The translations under genes and the position numbers were made by a program. This document shows, piece after piece, positions 1 through 8,646 of a stretch of 32,321 bases of DNA. The DNA is taken from the NCBI GenBank assembly GCA_022795675.1, contig JAAWHY010000002.1:1-32321 (forward strand), read 5' to 3'. Each line of letters opens with the position of its first letter. Position 1 is the stretch's first letter. Source of the DNA: Clostridia bacterium. Its GTDB lineage: Bacteria; Bacillota; Clostridia; TANB77; CAG-508. The notes under the pieces were generated by a model. It made no database searches. It was given only the letters and a program-made list of their open reading frames with translations, and was not told the origin of the DNA.

Positions 1-194
1 TGCGCCCCTACATCTTCTCTACAATTTTAAATATTACCTAAAAATTTATCATCTCAACAGACAAAAATTTATGTGATTAAAACCATTATCCAGTAACTAC
101 TTTTTTACGTCCCCAATGTGCATAAAATATTTGTAAAGTACTATGAAAATTTACTAATTTGTGATATAAATTAAATATATAAGAGGTGATATAA

Positions 195-837
195 ATGCAA
201 ATTATAAATAGTATAGATTTATGGACAGAACAATACGAAAACCAATATGAATGTTTTAATGGTGCTTTTGTGGATGGGTTTGAGAACAATAAAATAGCAT
301 TTGATGAATATAAAATAATAAAAAATTGTAATTGTACAATAACAGTTAATAATCCTAACATTAATATAAGTAATAAACATTCAGCTATCGTTTTTTATAA
401 AAATGAAAAACCTATTAGATTAATGGTTATAAATAAAGATACTGATATTGATAAGTGTATTAATATAGCATTGAAACAATATTTTAATACTGCTATATTG
501 CAAGATTTTTATAATAAAATAAAAATTAAGTCAACAGAAATAGATATGAAGGAACCGCCAATATTTAGTAATATCTATATTGCCAAAGAAATTGATGTTG
601 GTTCCTGTGATAGATGGAGGCTTTTATACAATATGCTTAAGCGGTAGTTATACAGAAAGTGATACATCATATGGAAATTTTGAAAGTGATAAGTATGAGT
701 TTGTTCCAAATTTGTACATAAAATATGATTTAAATACAGATACAGAAAGATTTGAAATAGAGCATAAATGTGCATTTATTAATACTACGAAAACTAGATT
801 AATCCCTATACAAGAAAACTCATCATTAACTAAATAA
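195..837 (+). CDS. Hypothetical protein split by one extra base (ORFs 195..647 and 580..837); ~213 aa if the C of CGG at 642 is skipped
   Basis: RBS GAGGTG before ATG 195. Frame 1 ends AAG CGG TAG; the +1 frame continues GGT AGT TAT (GSYTESDTSYGNF) to the stop at 837. Either recoded or a pseudogene. Confidence 0.6.
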
Positions 838-926
838 AACAATAAACTAGAAAATGGGAGTGTCCCATATTACCAAAAAAGTGGAAAATAGAACGGTTCC
901 ATTTTCCAGAAAGGATTTGATTTTTA

Positions 927-2057
927 ATGAAAAAGGCTTTAATTTTGTATGCTTGCTATGGTGGTGGACATATTAGTGCTGCTAATTCCCTTAAGGAGTG
1001 TATTGAGAAATATTATCCTAATATTGAACCTATTGCTATTGATTTTATGAATTATTTGAATGTTACTATTGATAAACTTACTACTACTGCTTATGAAGAA
1101 ATGGCTAAAAAAGTCCCTTATCTTTGGGGTACTGTTTATATGAAGTCCGAAAAAGGTGCTCTTGCTCGTTTTAGTATTGATTCTAATAAACTTTTAGCTA
1201 TTAAATTGCATTTTTTGATTAAAAGATATAAACCAGATTATATTATTTCTACTCATCCTTTTTCTTCTCAGATGTGTGCTTACCTAAAGAAAAAAAATAA
1301 ATTACCTAGAGTAAAACTTGCTACTGTAATGACTGATTTTGCTCCTCATGACCAATGGCTAGTTGGTTCTGAATATATAAGCTATTTCTTTGTTGCTCAT
1401 GAGGCTATGAAAGACTTAATTGTTAGTAAAGAAATTCCCGAAAAAAAGGTTTTCGCTACTGGTATTCCTTTATCTAATCGTTTTTTCTTGGATTATGATA
1501 AAAATTCCTTATTGAATAATTTTAATTTATCTAAAGATAAATTTACTATTCTATTTTTTGCTGGAGGTAGATTTGGTTTGGGTAAAAAGAATACATATAA
1601 AATTTTAGAAGATATTGCTAGATATATGGATAATGTGCAAGTTGTTGCTATTGCTGGTAAAAATAAAAAAATGTTTGATGCTTTTAATGATACTGTCAAA
1701 AAGTATAAGAGGAAAGATGATATAAAGGTTTTAGAGTTTACAGATAAAGTTCCTGAACTTATGCATATTTCTGATATTGTTATTTCTAAACCTGGTGGTC
1801 TAACTACTTCAGAGTGTCTTGCTTGTGGATTGCCTATGATTGTTATTAATCCTATTCCTGGTCAAGAGGAACAGAATGCTGAATTTTTGGAGAATTCAAA
1901 TTTGGCTTATTGGATTAAGGATGATGATAATCCTTTGGGTGTTATTTTTAAGGTGATTAATAATAAAGATATTTTTGGTAGTTTAAAGCAGAATGTGAAT
2001 AAGTATGCCAAACGTAATTCTACTAAGGAGATTTGCGATATTTTGTTTGAGAAGTGA
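927..2057 (+). CDS. ugtP: MGDG synthase / processive diacylglycerol glucosyltransferase (GT28, UgtP-like)
   Basis: YGGGHISAA N-terminus, STHPF, TDFAPH, SKPGGLTTSE, PIPGQEEQNA motifs. Confidence 0.85.
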   Translation: MKKALILYACYGGGHISAANSLKECIEKYYPNIEPIAIDFMNYLNVTIDKLTTTAYEEMAKKVPYLWGTVYMKSEKGALARFSIDSNKLLAIKLHFLIKRYKPDYIISTHPFSSQMCAYLKKKNKLPRVKLATVMTDFAPHDQWLVGSEYISYFFVAHEAMKDLIVSKEIPEKKVFATGIPLSNRFFLDYDKNSLLNNFNLSKDKFTILFFAGGRFGLGKKNTYKILEDIARYMDNVQVVAIAGKNKKMFDAFNDTVKKYKRKDDIKVLEFTDKVPELMHISDIVISKPGGLTTSECLACGLPMIVINPIPGQEEQNAEFLENSNLAYWIKDDDNPLGVIFKVINNKDIFGSLKQNVNKYAKRNSTKEICDILFEK

Positions 2058-2090
2058 AAATTGAGAGGTGAATGGTGAGAGATTAAAATA

Positions 2091-2121
2091 TAAAAGACAC
2101 ATATGTAATATGTGTCTTTTA
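2091..2121. terminator. Bidirectional intrinsic terminator between convergent genes
   Basis: TAAAAGACACATAT-gta-ATATGTGTCTTTTA perfect inverted repeat. Confidence 0.7.
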
Positions 2122-2125
2122 TATT

Positions 2126-3112
2126 TTATAGATATATCTCTGGATTATATGTTACTCCATTTACCCTTATTTCAAAATGGCAGTGTGGTCCTGTTGAACG
2201 TCCTGTGTTTCCTGATTTTGCTATTATATCTCCTGCTGATACTGTTTGTCCTACTGAACATGTTAATGAACTATTGTGTCCATAATAAGTTTGAACTCCA
2301 TTACCATGTGATATTATTACTAAATATCCATATCCTCCTGAGTTCCATCCCGAATATGTTACTGTTCCAGGTGCTGAAGCATATATATTGTTTCCTACTG
2401 GAAGTGAAAAGTCTAGTCCTCCATGTAGTCTTCCCCATCTTCTTCCATATCTTGATGATATACGAGGTGAGGCTACTGGATATCTAAATGACATTCCTAT
2501 TTTTGGTCCTGTTGATGACCCAGCTGTTGGCTTACTAGTATTTTTTGATGAAATTGTAACTTTACCAGCTACTTTCTTTTGTTGATATAAAGTTGCTATA
2601 GCTTCTTCTGTTTGCTTTAATTCTCCCATTTCTACATCATATTTTTCTATTATTGATAAGCTATCTGCATTCGAACTATTTTTTTGTTTTAATTCGTTAA
2701 CTGCTGTTTGTGCTTCTTGGAAAGTTAATAGATTTAATTGTTCTTCATTGTTTACTGCTATTGCATAATATTTGTAATATGTAGTTCCCGTTTCTTTTAT
2801 CATATTGAATATTTCTTCATCGTTTGTTACTATGTCTTTTTTTAATAAGCATAGTTCGTATGTTGGCATACTTTCTAATTGTACAAATGCAACGTGTTCT
2901 TGTCCTTCTTCTCCTTTGTCTTGATATGCAACTATTCTTGATTGTAACTTTTGTTTATCCTCACTGTAACCTACAAATTCTCCATTTAAGTATACTTCAT
3001 ATATTGGTTTGTATAAAAATATTACCATTCCTATTATTAATAATGCTGCTATAATGAAAATAGTTATGAATTTTACTGATGCTCTGACTGCTACCAGTGC
3101 TCTTCTTATCAT
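2126..3112 (-). CDS. Membrane-anchored M23 family peptidoglycan endopeptidase
   Basis: N-terminal TM helix; C-terminal HGGLD (HxxxD), YGH and [11 protein letters not shown] (HxH); ATGA overlap with the recR stop. Confidence 0.9.
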   Translation of the reverse strand: MIRRALVAVRASVKFITIFIIAALLIIGMVIFLYKPIYEVYLNGEFVGYSEDKQKLQSRIVAYQDKGEEGQEHVAFVQLESMPTYELCLLKKDIVTNDEEIFNMIKETGTTYYKYYAIAVNNEEQLNLLTFQEAQTAVNELKQKNSSNADSLSIIEKYDVEMGELKQTEEAIATLYQQKKVAGKVTISSKNTSKPTAGSSTGPKIGMSFRYPVASPRISSRYGRRWGRLHGGLDFSLPVGNNIYASAPGTVTYSGWNSGGYGYLVIISHGNGVQTYYGHNSSLTCSVGQTVSAGDIIAKSGNTGRSTGPHCHFEIRVNGVTYNPEIYL

Positions 3113-3711
3113 ATTTCTCTTCTCCCTTCAAGTGCTTTTGTTAACGTTATTTCATCTGCGTATTCTATATCTCCTCCAACTGGAACTCCATGTGCTATTC
3201 TTGTTACTTTTATTCCAAATGGCTTGATTAATTTTGATAAATACATTGCTGTTGCTTCCCCTTCTACTCTTGGGTTTGTCGCTATTATTACTTCTTCTAT
3301 TTTTTCTTCTCCTGCTAGTCTATTTAATAGTTCTTTTATTTTTATGTCTTCTGGTCCAATTCCATTCATTGGTGAAATTGAGCCATGTAATACATGATAT
3401 ACTCCTTTAAATTCATGTGTTCTTTCCATTGCAATTATGTCTCTTACATCTTCTACTACACATATTACTGTATGATTTCTTTTTTCATTTCCACATATTG
3501 GACATGGATCTGTATCTGATATATTATAACATTTTGAACAATATTTCAAGTTCTTTTTTGCATTTAATATTGAGTTTATGAATTCTTGGGTCTCTTCTTC
3601 ACTTGAGTTTAACATGTGAAATGCCAATCTTGCTGCTGTTTTGTTTCCTATGCTTGGTAGTCTTGCAAAACTTTCTATTAGTTTTTCTATTGATGGTGAA
3701 TAATATGACAT
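3109..3711 (-). CDS. recR: Recombination mediator RecR
   Basis: [13 protein letters not shown] HhH, CxxC...CxxC zinc finger, Toprim ([12 protein letters not shown]), [12 protein letters not shown]. Confidence 0.97.
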   Translation of the reverse strand: MSYYSPSIEKLIESFARLPSIGNKTAARLAFHMLNSSEEETQEFINSILNAKKNLKYCSKCYNISDTDPCPICGNEKRNHTVICVVEDVRDIIAMERTHEFKGVYHVLHGSISPMNGIGPEDIKIKELLNRLAGEEKIEEVIIATNPRVEGEATAMYLSKLIKPFGIKVTRIAHGVPVGGDIEYADEITLTKALEGRREI

Positions 3712-4056
3712 TTACATCAACCCCGGAATATTATACTTACCTAGTGCTATATTCTGTGCCTCATCTACTTTTCTCAATGCTTCATTTACACAAGTTAGTA
3801 TTAAGTCTTGTAACATTTCTACATCTTCTGGGTCAACTACATCTTGTTTTATTTTTATTGATTTTAATGCTTTTGCTCCTGTTACAGTTACTTCTATTGC
3901 TCCTCCACCTGCTGTTGCTGAAAATTCTTTTACTACTAATTCTTCTTGTGATTTTTCAACGTCTGCTTGCATTTTTTTTGCTTCTTTCATCAGTTGATTG
4001 ATGTTCATTCCTCCAAGTCCTTTCATTCCTCCTGGAAATCCCCCTCGCTTTGCCAT
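3712..4056 (-). CDS. ybaB: YbaB/EbfC nucleoid-associated protein
   Basis: AGGGAIEVTV...VVDPEDVEMLQDLI motif; lies between dnaX and recR; start placed at MAKRGG from RBS spacing. Confidence 0.93.
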   Translation of the reverse strand: MAKRGGFPGGMKGLGGMNINQLMKEAKKMQADVEKSQEELVVKEFSATAGGGAIEVTVTGAKALKSIKIKQDVVDPEDVEMLQDLILTCVNEALRKVDEAQNIALGKYNIPGLM

Positions 4057-4140
4057 TTTTATCATCCTTTCTTATATTTTGTGGAAGCTTTTAATAAATT
4101 GTGTTACACTTCCCTGTATTCATTAGAATTATTGCTCTCA

Positions 4141-4165
4141 CGGTCGATTAATAATCGCCCCTACA
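4141..4165 (-). repeat. GTAG-type REP (intergenic, after dnaX)
   Basis: CGGTCGATTAATAATCGCCCCTACA hairpin ending in CCCCTACA (TGTAGGGG on minus). Confidence 0.8.
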
Positions 4166-4181
4166 CTCAATTTTCCATACT

Positions 4182-5912
4182 CTATTCATCTATATAGTTT
4201 ATGTCTATTCCTAAATCTGCTAAATCTTCTAATGAATTTATGCTATTACTTTTTTCTTTATTCATTTCATTTTTTGTTTGTTCCGTTTGGGTTTCTTGCA
4301 TTTTTATATTTTTTTCAGGTTTACTTTTTGGTTTATCAAGATATTTTATCTGCATTTCTTTGCCACAAGCTATTGATACTAATTTTTCTACTTCTTGTAA
4401 ATTTTCATTTTTCTCTAATAATTGTCTTCTAAAGTCATTTAGTTTACTTGAAAATTCTATTCCTATTGTCATATCATTTAGTTCAACTGCCCTGGAGTTT
4501 ATTAAATTTGCATATAACATCAATTTTCCATTCTGTTTTAATTGTTGTAATATGTTTGGCCAAAATTCTTGTGATTTTAAATTTGATGTCTGAATATTTG
4601 GTTCTATATCTTTTTTTTGTCTTTCTTCTTTTACAGTAAACGGGCGATTACTAATCTCCCCTACACTGGGACTTTTATCTATTTCTGTATTTGTTTTTGC
4701 TTGTATATTATTTTTTGCAGTATCTTTTTCCTTATTTAAATTAGTTTTTATTGGAATTGTGGTAATACTATTTGCAATTCTATTTTGAATTTTGTTTTCT
4801 AGTGCTTTTATTCTTTCTTCTAAACTTTTTGTTTCTTCATTTACGCATAAATTTATTATTCCTGTTTGAAAAATTATTATCTTTTGTGAGGATTGTTTTA
4901 CCTTGTTTTCCATTTCTGAAAGTTTTAATATTATATTTAATAGTCTATCTTTTGATGTTCTATCTGCTATTTTTTTAATTTGTTCTATTTCCTCATTGCT
5001 GTATATTTGCAATTTTTTTCCTATTTTCGTGACTAATATGTCTTTTGTGTATTTTATCATTTCCCATAAGAAATTGGTTAAGTCTTTTCCTTCATTTATG
5101 ACATTGTCTATTTCTTCTATTGCTTTTTCTACATTACTGTCTATTATCGCTTCAACTGTATTATTTATATAGGTTAATTTGGGAATACCTACTAAGTCTT
5201 TTATTTTATCTATGTCAATTTTACTTTCTCCATCTTGTATACATCTTTCTAAAATGCTTAAGGCGTCTCTCATTGCTCCTTCTGATAATACTGCTATTAG
5301 GTTTAAAGCGTCTTCGTTTATTTCAACTTTGTTCTTTTCACATACTAATTTTAGTCTTTTGGCTATGTCTTCATTTGGTATTTTTTTAAAGTCAAATCTT
5401 TGACACCTTGAAAGTATTGTTGCTGGTAATTTTTGCGGTTCTGTTGTTGCTAGTATAAATTTTACATGCTCTGGTGGTTCTTCTAAAGTTTTTAATAGTG
5501 CATTGAATGCTCCTGTTGATAACATGTGTACTTCATCTATTATGTATATTCTGTATTTTGCTCGGGTTGGTAGAAAGTTCACTTCATTTCTTATTTCTCT
5601 TATGTCTTCTACACTGTTGTTTGAGGCTGCATCCATTTCTACTACATCTGTTAGTGAACCTTCTAATATTGCTTTACATATCTCACATTCATTGCATGGT
5701 TCTCCCCCTTTAGGGTTTTCACAGTTTACAGCTCTTGCTAGTATTTTTGCTATTGATGTTTTTCCTGTTCCTCTTGTTCCATTTAATAGATAAGCATGTC
5801 CTACTCTTCCTGTTCTTATTTGATTTTTTAATGTTGTTTTTATGTGTTCTTGTCCAACTACTTCTGCGAAGGTTTTTGGCCTAAATGCTCTATATAATGC
5901 TGTGTATGCCAT
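4182..5912 (-). CDS. dnaX: DNA polymerase III subunit gamma/tau
   Basis: ALYRAFRP, Walker A GTRGTGKT, zinc motif, IIDEVHML, SRC motif. Confidence 0.97.
   Translation of the reverse strand: MAYTALYRAFRPKTFAEVVGQEHIKTTLKNQIRTGRVGHAYLLNGTRGTGKTSIAKILARAVNCENPKGGEPCNECEICKAILEGSLTDVVEMDAASNNSVEDIREIRNEVNFLPTRAKYRIYIIDEVHMLSTGAFNALLKTLEEPPEHVKFILATTEPQKLPATILSRCQRFDFKKIPNEDIAKRLKLVCEKNKVEINEDALNLIAVLSEGAMRDALSILERCIQDGESKIDIDKIKDLVGIPKLTYINNTVEAIIDSNVEKAIEEIDNVINEGKDLTNFLWEMIKYTKDILVTKIGKKLQIYSNEEIEQIKKIADRTSKDRLLNIILKLSEMENKVKQSSQKIIIFQTGIINLCVNEETKSLEERIKALENKIQNRIANSITTIPIKTNLNKEKDTAKNNIQAKTNTEIDKSPSVGEISNRPFTVKEERQKKDIEPNIQTSNLKSQEFWPNILQQLKQNGKLMLYANLINSRAVELNDMTIGIEFSSKLNDFRRQLLEKNENLQEVEKLVSIACGKEMQIKYLDKPKSKPEKNIKMQETQTEQTKNEMNKEKSNSINSLEDLADLGIDINYIDE
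4641..4665 (-). repeat. GTAG-type REP inside dnaX
   Basis: CGGGCGATTACTAATCTCCCCTACA, 22/25 identical to 4141..4165. Confidence 0.8.
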
Positions 5913-5984
5913 ATTTGCCCCCTTTTTAATATAAAACCGTAACTAAGATTTTGTATGCGGTGGAAACTGCTACAAAATCTAAAT

Positions 5985-6040
5985 TCCGCCATAATTATCT
6001 TCTACGTAAAGTTATCATACCATGATAACTTTACTAGAAT
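5985..6040 (-). repeat. Structured ~55-bp palindromic repeat, copy A
   Basis: 13-bp hairpin GTAAAGTTATCAT/ATGATAACTTTAC plus tail GTAGAAGATAATTATG; second copy at 31739..31793. Confidence 0.75.
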
Positions 6041-6046
6041 ATAAAT

Positions 6047-6172
6047 AAAATCTAACTCCTCTAAGGAAAGTACACTTCACATAAATGCACTACTTATCGC
6101 TGCTTTCTTCCGAACCTGACGAGATTCATAGCTTTTTATTGAAATCTACTCTCCATACAAGAGTTAGATTTT
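6047..6172 (-). ncRNA. ffs: Signal recognition particle RNA, short (4.5S-like) form
   Basis: Minus strand has the helix-8 motif GTCAGGTTCGGAAGAAAGCAGC; ends pair (AAAATCTAACTC/GAGTTAGATTTT); canonical position upstream of dnaX. Confidence 0.92.
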
Positions 6173-6183
6173 TAACTTATATT

Positions 6184-6212
6184 ATTATACAACTTATTTA
6201 TTTTTTTTTCAA
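6184..6212 (-). promoter_or_regulatory. Sigma-A promoter of ffs
   Basis: TTGAAA-17bp-TATAAT on the minus strand directly upstream of the SRP helix. Confidence 0.75.
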
Positions 6213-6217
6213 TGTTT

Positions 6218-6970
6218 TTACCTTAAATTTCTTCTAAAAATTATTTCTTTTAAGTCTGTCTTTTCATAATGAGAAGTTCCTTCTTCTATTATATTTCCTG
6301 TTGGCAAGTCTAATGTTACTGTCCCTGTATATATCATATCTGATTTCAATTTTATTGATATATCAAAAGATATTTTACATTGTAGGTCTTTATATTCTAT
6401 GTTTTGTGCTTTAAGAAGGGTTCCATCATGCTTTACTTCATCAGCATCTGATGTATATATCCCTAAGTCTTCTATTGCATATCTAAATAATATTAGACCT
6501 CCTTGATTAGCGATTTCTAAATTTTTTATACTAGTGCTTTCTTTTCCAGTATATTCTAATTTCTCTTTTATTTCATTTTCTTCATTGTTTTCATATGTTA
6601 CATTTTCCTTTTGTGTAGGCTTATATAGTTTTATTGTACCAATGTTTGGTGCTTCTACTACTTGTAAATTGTCTATTATTATTTTGTCTATTATTTCTAT
6701 TTCTTCATAGTTTTTGTTTTTTGATATTTCTAGGTATATATCATTATTTTGCAAAATTTCTAAATTCCATTTGTTTTCAGTTTGTTCTTCTTGTAGGTCT
6801 TTTCCTTCTCCTGTACTTATTACCATTATTTTTGATAGTTCAAATGGCACATTGTCTTCTCCTTCTACATTATATTTTAATATTAATAATGCTATTATTG
6901 TTGCTATTAGTATGGTTATAAGTATTGTAATGAATATACGTATTATTTTTTTTATTATTTGGTCTTGCAT
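6218..6970 (-). CDS. Hypothetical membrane-anchored extracytoplasmic protein
   Basis: 250-aa ORF, RBS AAGGAG, single N-terminal TM helix. Confidence 0.8.
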   Translation of the reverse strand: MQDQIIKKIIRIFITILITILIATIIALLILKYNVEGEDNVPFELSKIMVISTGEGKDLQEEQTENKWNLEILQNNDIYLEISKNKNYEEIEIIDKIIIDNLQVVEAPNIGTIKLYKPTQKENVTYENNEENEIKEKLEYTGKESTSIKNLEIANQGGLILFRYAIEDLGIYTSDADEVKHDGTLLKAQNIEYKDLQCKISFDISIKLKSDMIYTGTVTLDLPTGNIIEEGTSHYEKTDLKEIIFRRNLR

Positions 6971-6989
6971 ATACTTCTGTCTCCTTTGT

Positions 6990-7448
6990 TTATTTTTTCT
7001 GTCTTAACTCTTTAAAAAATTTTTTTATTATTTCTTCGCATTCTTTTTGGTAGATACCTTCTTCTTTCTGCACACTATAATTTTGCTTGTATTCTTCTAA
7101 TACATTTGTTACTGAACCACATGCACCGTTTTTTTCGTCCATTGTTCCTATATATATTTTGTCTAGTCTTGCATTTATTATTGCCCCTGCACACATTGGA
7201 CATGGTTCTAATGTTACATACATTTCACATCCATTTAGTCTCCATGCTCCTATTTTTTTACTGGCTTTTTTTATTGCTATTATTTCTGCGTGCATTGTCG
7301 TGTCTGCCTTCTCTTCTTTTTGATTGTGTCCTCTTGCTATTATTTTTCCATTTTTTACTATTACTGCTCCTATTGGCACTTCTAGTTTTCCATAAGCTTT
7401 TCTAGCTTCCTTTATTGCTTCTTTCATGAATTTATCTTTTTCTTCCAT
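6990..7448 (-). CDS. tadA: tRNA adenosine(34) deaminase
   Basis: EVPIGAVIV, HAE, TLEPCPMCAGA motifs; synteny with ffs-dnaX. Confidence 0.93.
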   Translation of the reverse strand: MEEKDKFMKEAIKEARKAYGKLEVPIGAVIVKNGKIIARGHNQKEEKADTTMHAEIIAIKKASKKIGAWRLNGCEMYVTLEPCPMCAGAIINARLDKIYIGTMDEKNGACGSVTNVLEEYKQNYSVQKEEGIYQKECEEIIKKFFKELRQKK

Positions 7449-7489
7449 GAATTCTCCTTTTTATATGTTTATTCCTCTGTTAGCACATA

Positions 7490-7510
7490 CGAGCAATGCT
7501 CGCCCCTACA
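7490..7510 (-). repeat. GTAG-type REP
   Basis: CGAGCAATGCTCGCCCCTACA. Confidence 0.75.
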
Positions 7511-7556
7511 CTATTCACTATTAATTTTTCACTGCGACTTGCTAAAGTCGCACATT

Positions 7557-7632
7557 TGGTGTGCCCAGGCCGACTCGAACGGCCATCGGTTGCTTAGGAG
7601 GCAACTGCTCTATCCAGCTAAGCTATGAGCAC
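7557..7632 (-). tRNA. tRNA-Arg(CCT)
   Basis: 76-nt cloverleaf GTGCTCA...TGGGCAC-ACCA; anticodon arm GTTGC-CTCCTAA-GCAAC; T-loop TTCGAGT. Confidence 0.96.
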
Positions 7633-7851
7633 ATTTACTTGCCTATTATATTATATTTTCTTTTTATTTTCAAGAGGTTGTTTAATTTATTCATGACAAT
7701 TTCATCATTTATCACAAGGTTGTAATATTCGATGAAATTGCTGTGTAATTTATTCAGGGTATTTTTGTACTATCGTTGTCAATTTACATAATTTTGACTT
7801 TTCTCTAGAAATTTAGTATAATTTAATTATCAACCTTGAAAGGAGAAGCTT

Positions 7852-8541
7852 ATGGAAAATATTTTAGCACTTGACATTGGAGCACGGAGTTTGAAGTTAT
7901 ACTCAGAATCTGGAGTCGGAGTACAACGTGTAATTCTTCACAATATCTGGAGCATATCAAAGAAATACCTCGTTGATACTGTTAAAAGTATTAGCGAGGA
8001 ATACCAAATGCACTTTGACAGTATTGCAGTAGCTTGTGCAGGTACTGTCAAAGATAATCGGCTAAAGTTTTACTGGGGACAACCTGCACTAATAGGGCTG
8101 AACCCAGAAGATTTTAAAGCTTTAGGAGTTCAGCGAGTCTGTATTTTGAATGATGCTGAAGCTGTATTTTGGGACTCTGGTATGTCCAAGAATGAAGTTC
8201 TTACAATTACGGTTGGTTCTTATATAGGTGCCTATCCGTTTGAACAGGACTCCTTCAAAGGATTTGTGATTTTGTCACTAATTAATGGAATATTACACTC
8301 TCAGTTGTGCCCGAAAAAAAGAACAGATGCAAAACTCCAAAAAGCTGCAAAGCTAATTGCTAAGCTCTGCAAAAAGTTAATGACACTTACTAATGCACAA
8401 AGCCTGTTTTTAGCAGGTGGAGGAACTTCAAATGAACATATTGCTGTTTGTTTGTCGAAGGAATCCTTACAATTCCAAATAGCACAAAATCCAGGATTTT
8501 CTGGTTGTAGGGGAGCAATTAAAGCGTTATTAACAAAATAA
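7852..8541 (+). CDS. Divergent, shortened ROK-family (sugar kinase fold) protein
   Basis: LALDIG, ILNDAEA, TITVGSYIG, LAGGG motifs; RBS AAGGAG; codon usage unlike neighbours. Confidence 0.7.
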   Translation: MENILALDIGARSLKLYSESGVGVQRVILHNIWSISKKYLVDTVKSISEEYQMHFDSIAVACAGTVKDNRLKFYWGQPALIGLNPEDFKALGVQRVCILNDAEAVFWDSGMSKNEVLTITVGSYIGAYPFEQDSFKGFVILSLINGILHSQLCPKKRTDAKLQKAAKLIAKLCKKLMTLTNAQSLFLAGGGTSNEHIAVCLSKESLQFQIAQNPGFSGCRGAIKALLTK

Positions 8542-8572
8542 TTTTCATAACCATTCTTGGTAAGTATGGTTA

Positions 8573-8601
8573 TAATGCCCCCTGTTATACAGGGGGCATT
8601 A
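8573..8601. terminator. Intrinsic terminator hairpin between ROK gene and pgm
   Basis: TAATGCCCCCTGT-tat-ACAGGGGGCATTA. Confidence 0.7.
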
Positions 8602-8646
8602 CACAATAAAAAGGAACTTTAGGGATGTTCTCTAAAGTTCTCAAGT

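Noticed and set aside
4608-4620. A8 run in dnaX (CAA AAA AAA GAT, near codon 431) as an E. coli-style gamma/tau frameshift site
   Set aside because: A-runs are common in this genome, no stimulatory hairpin is visible downstream, and the -1 frame has no immediate stop.
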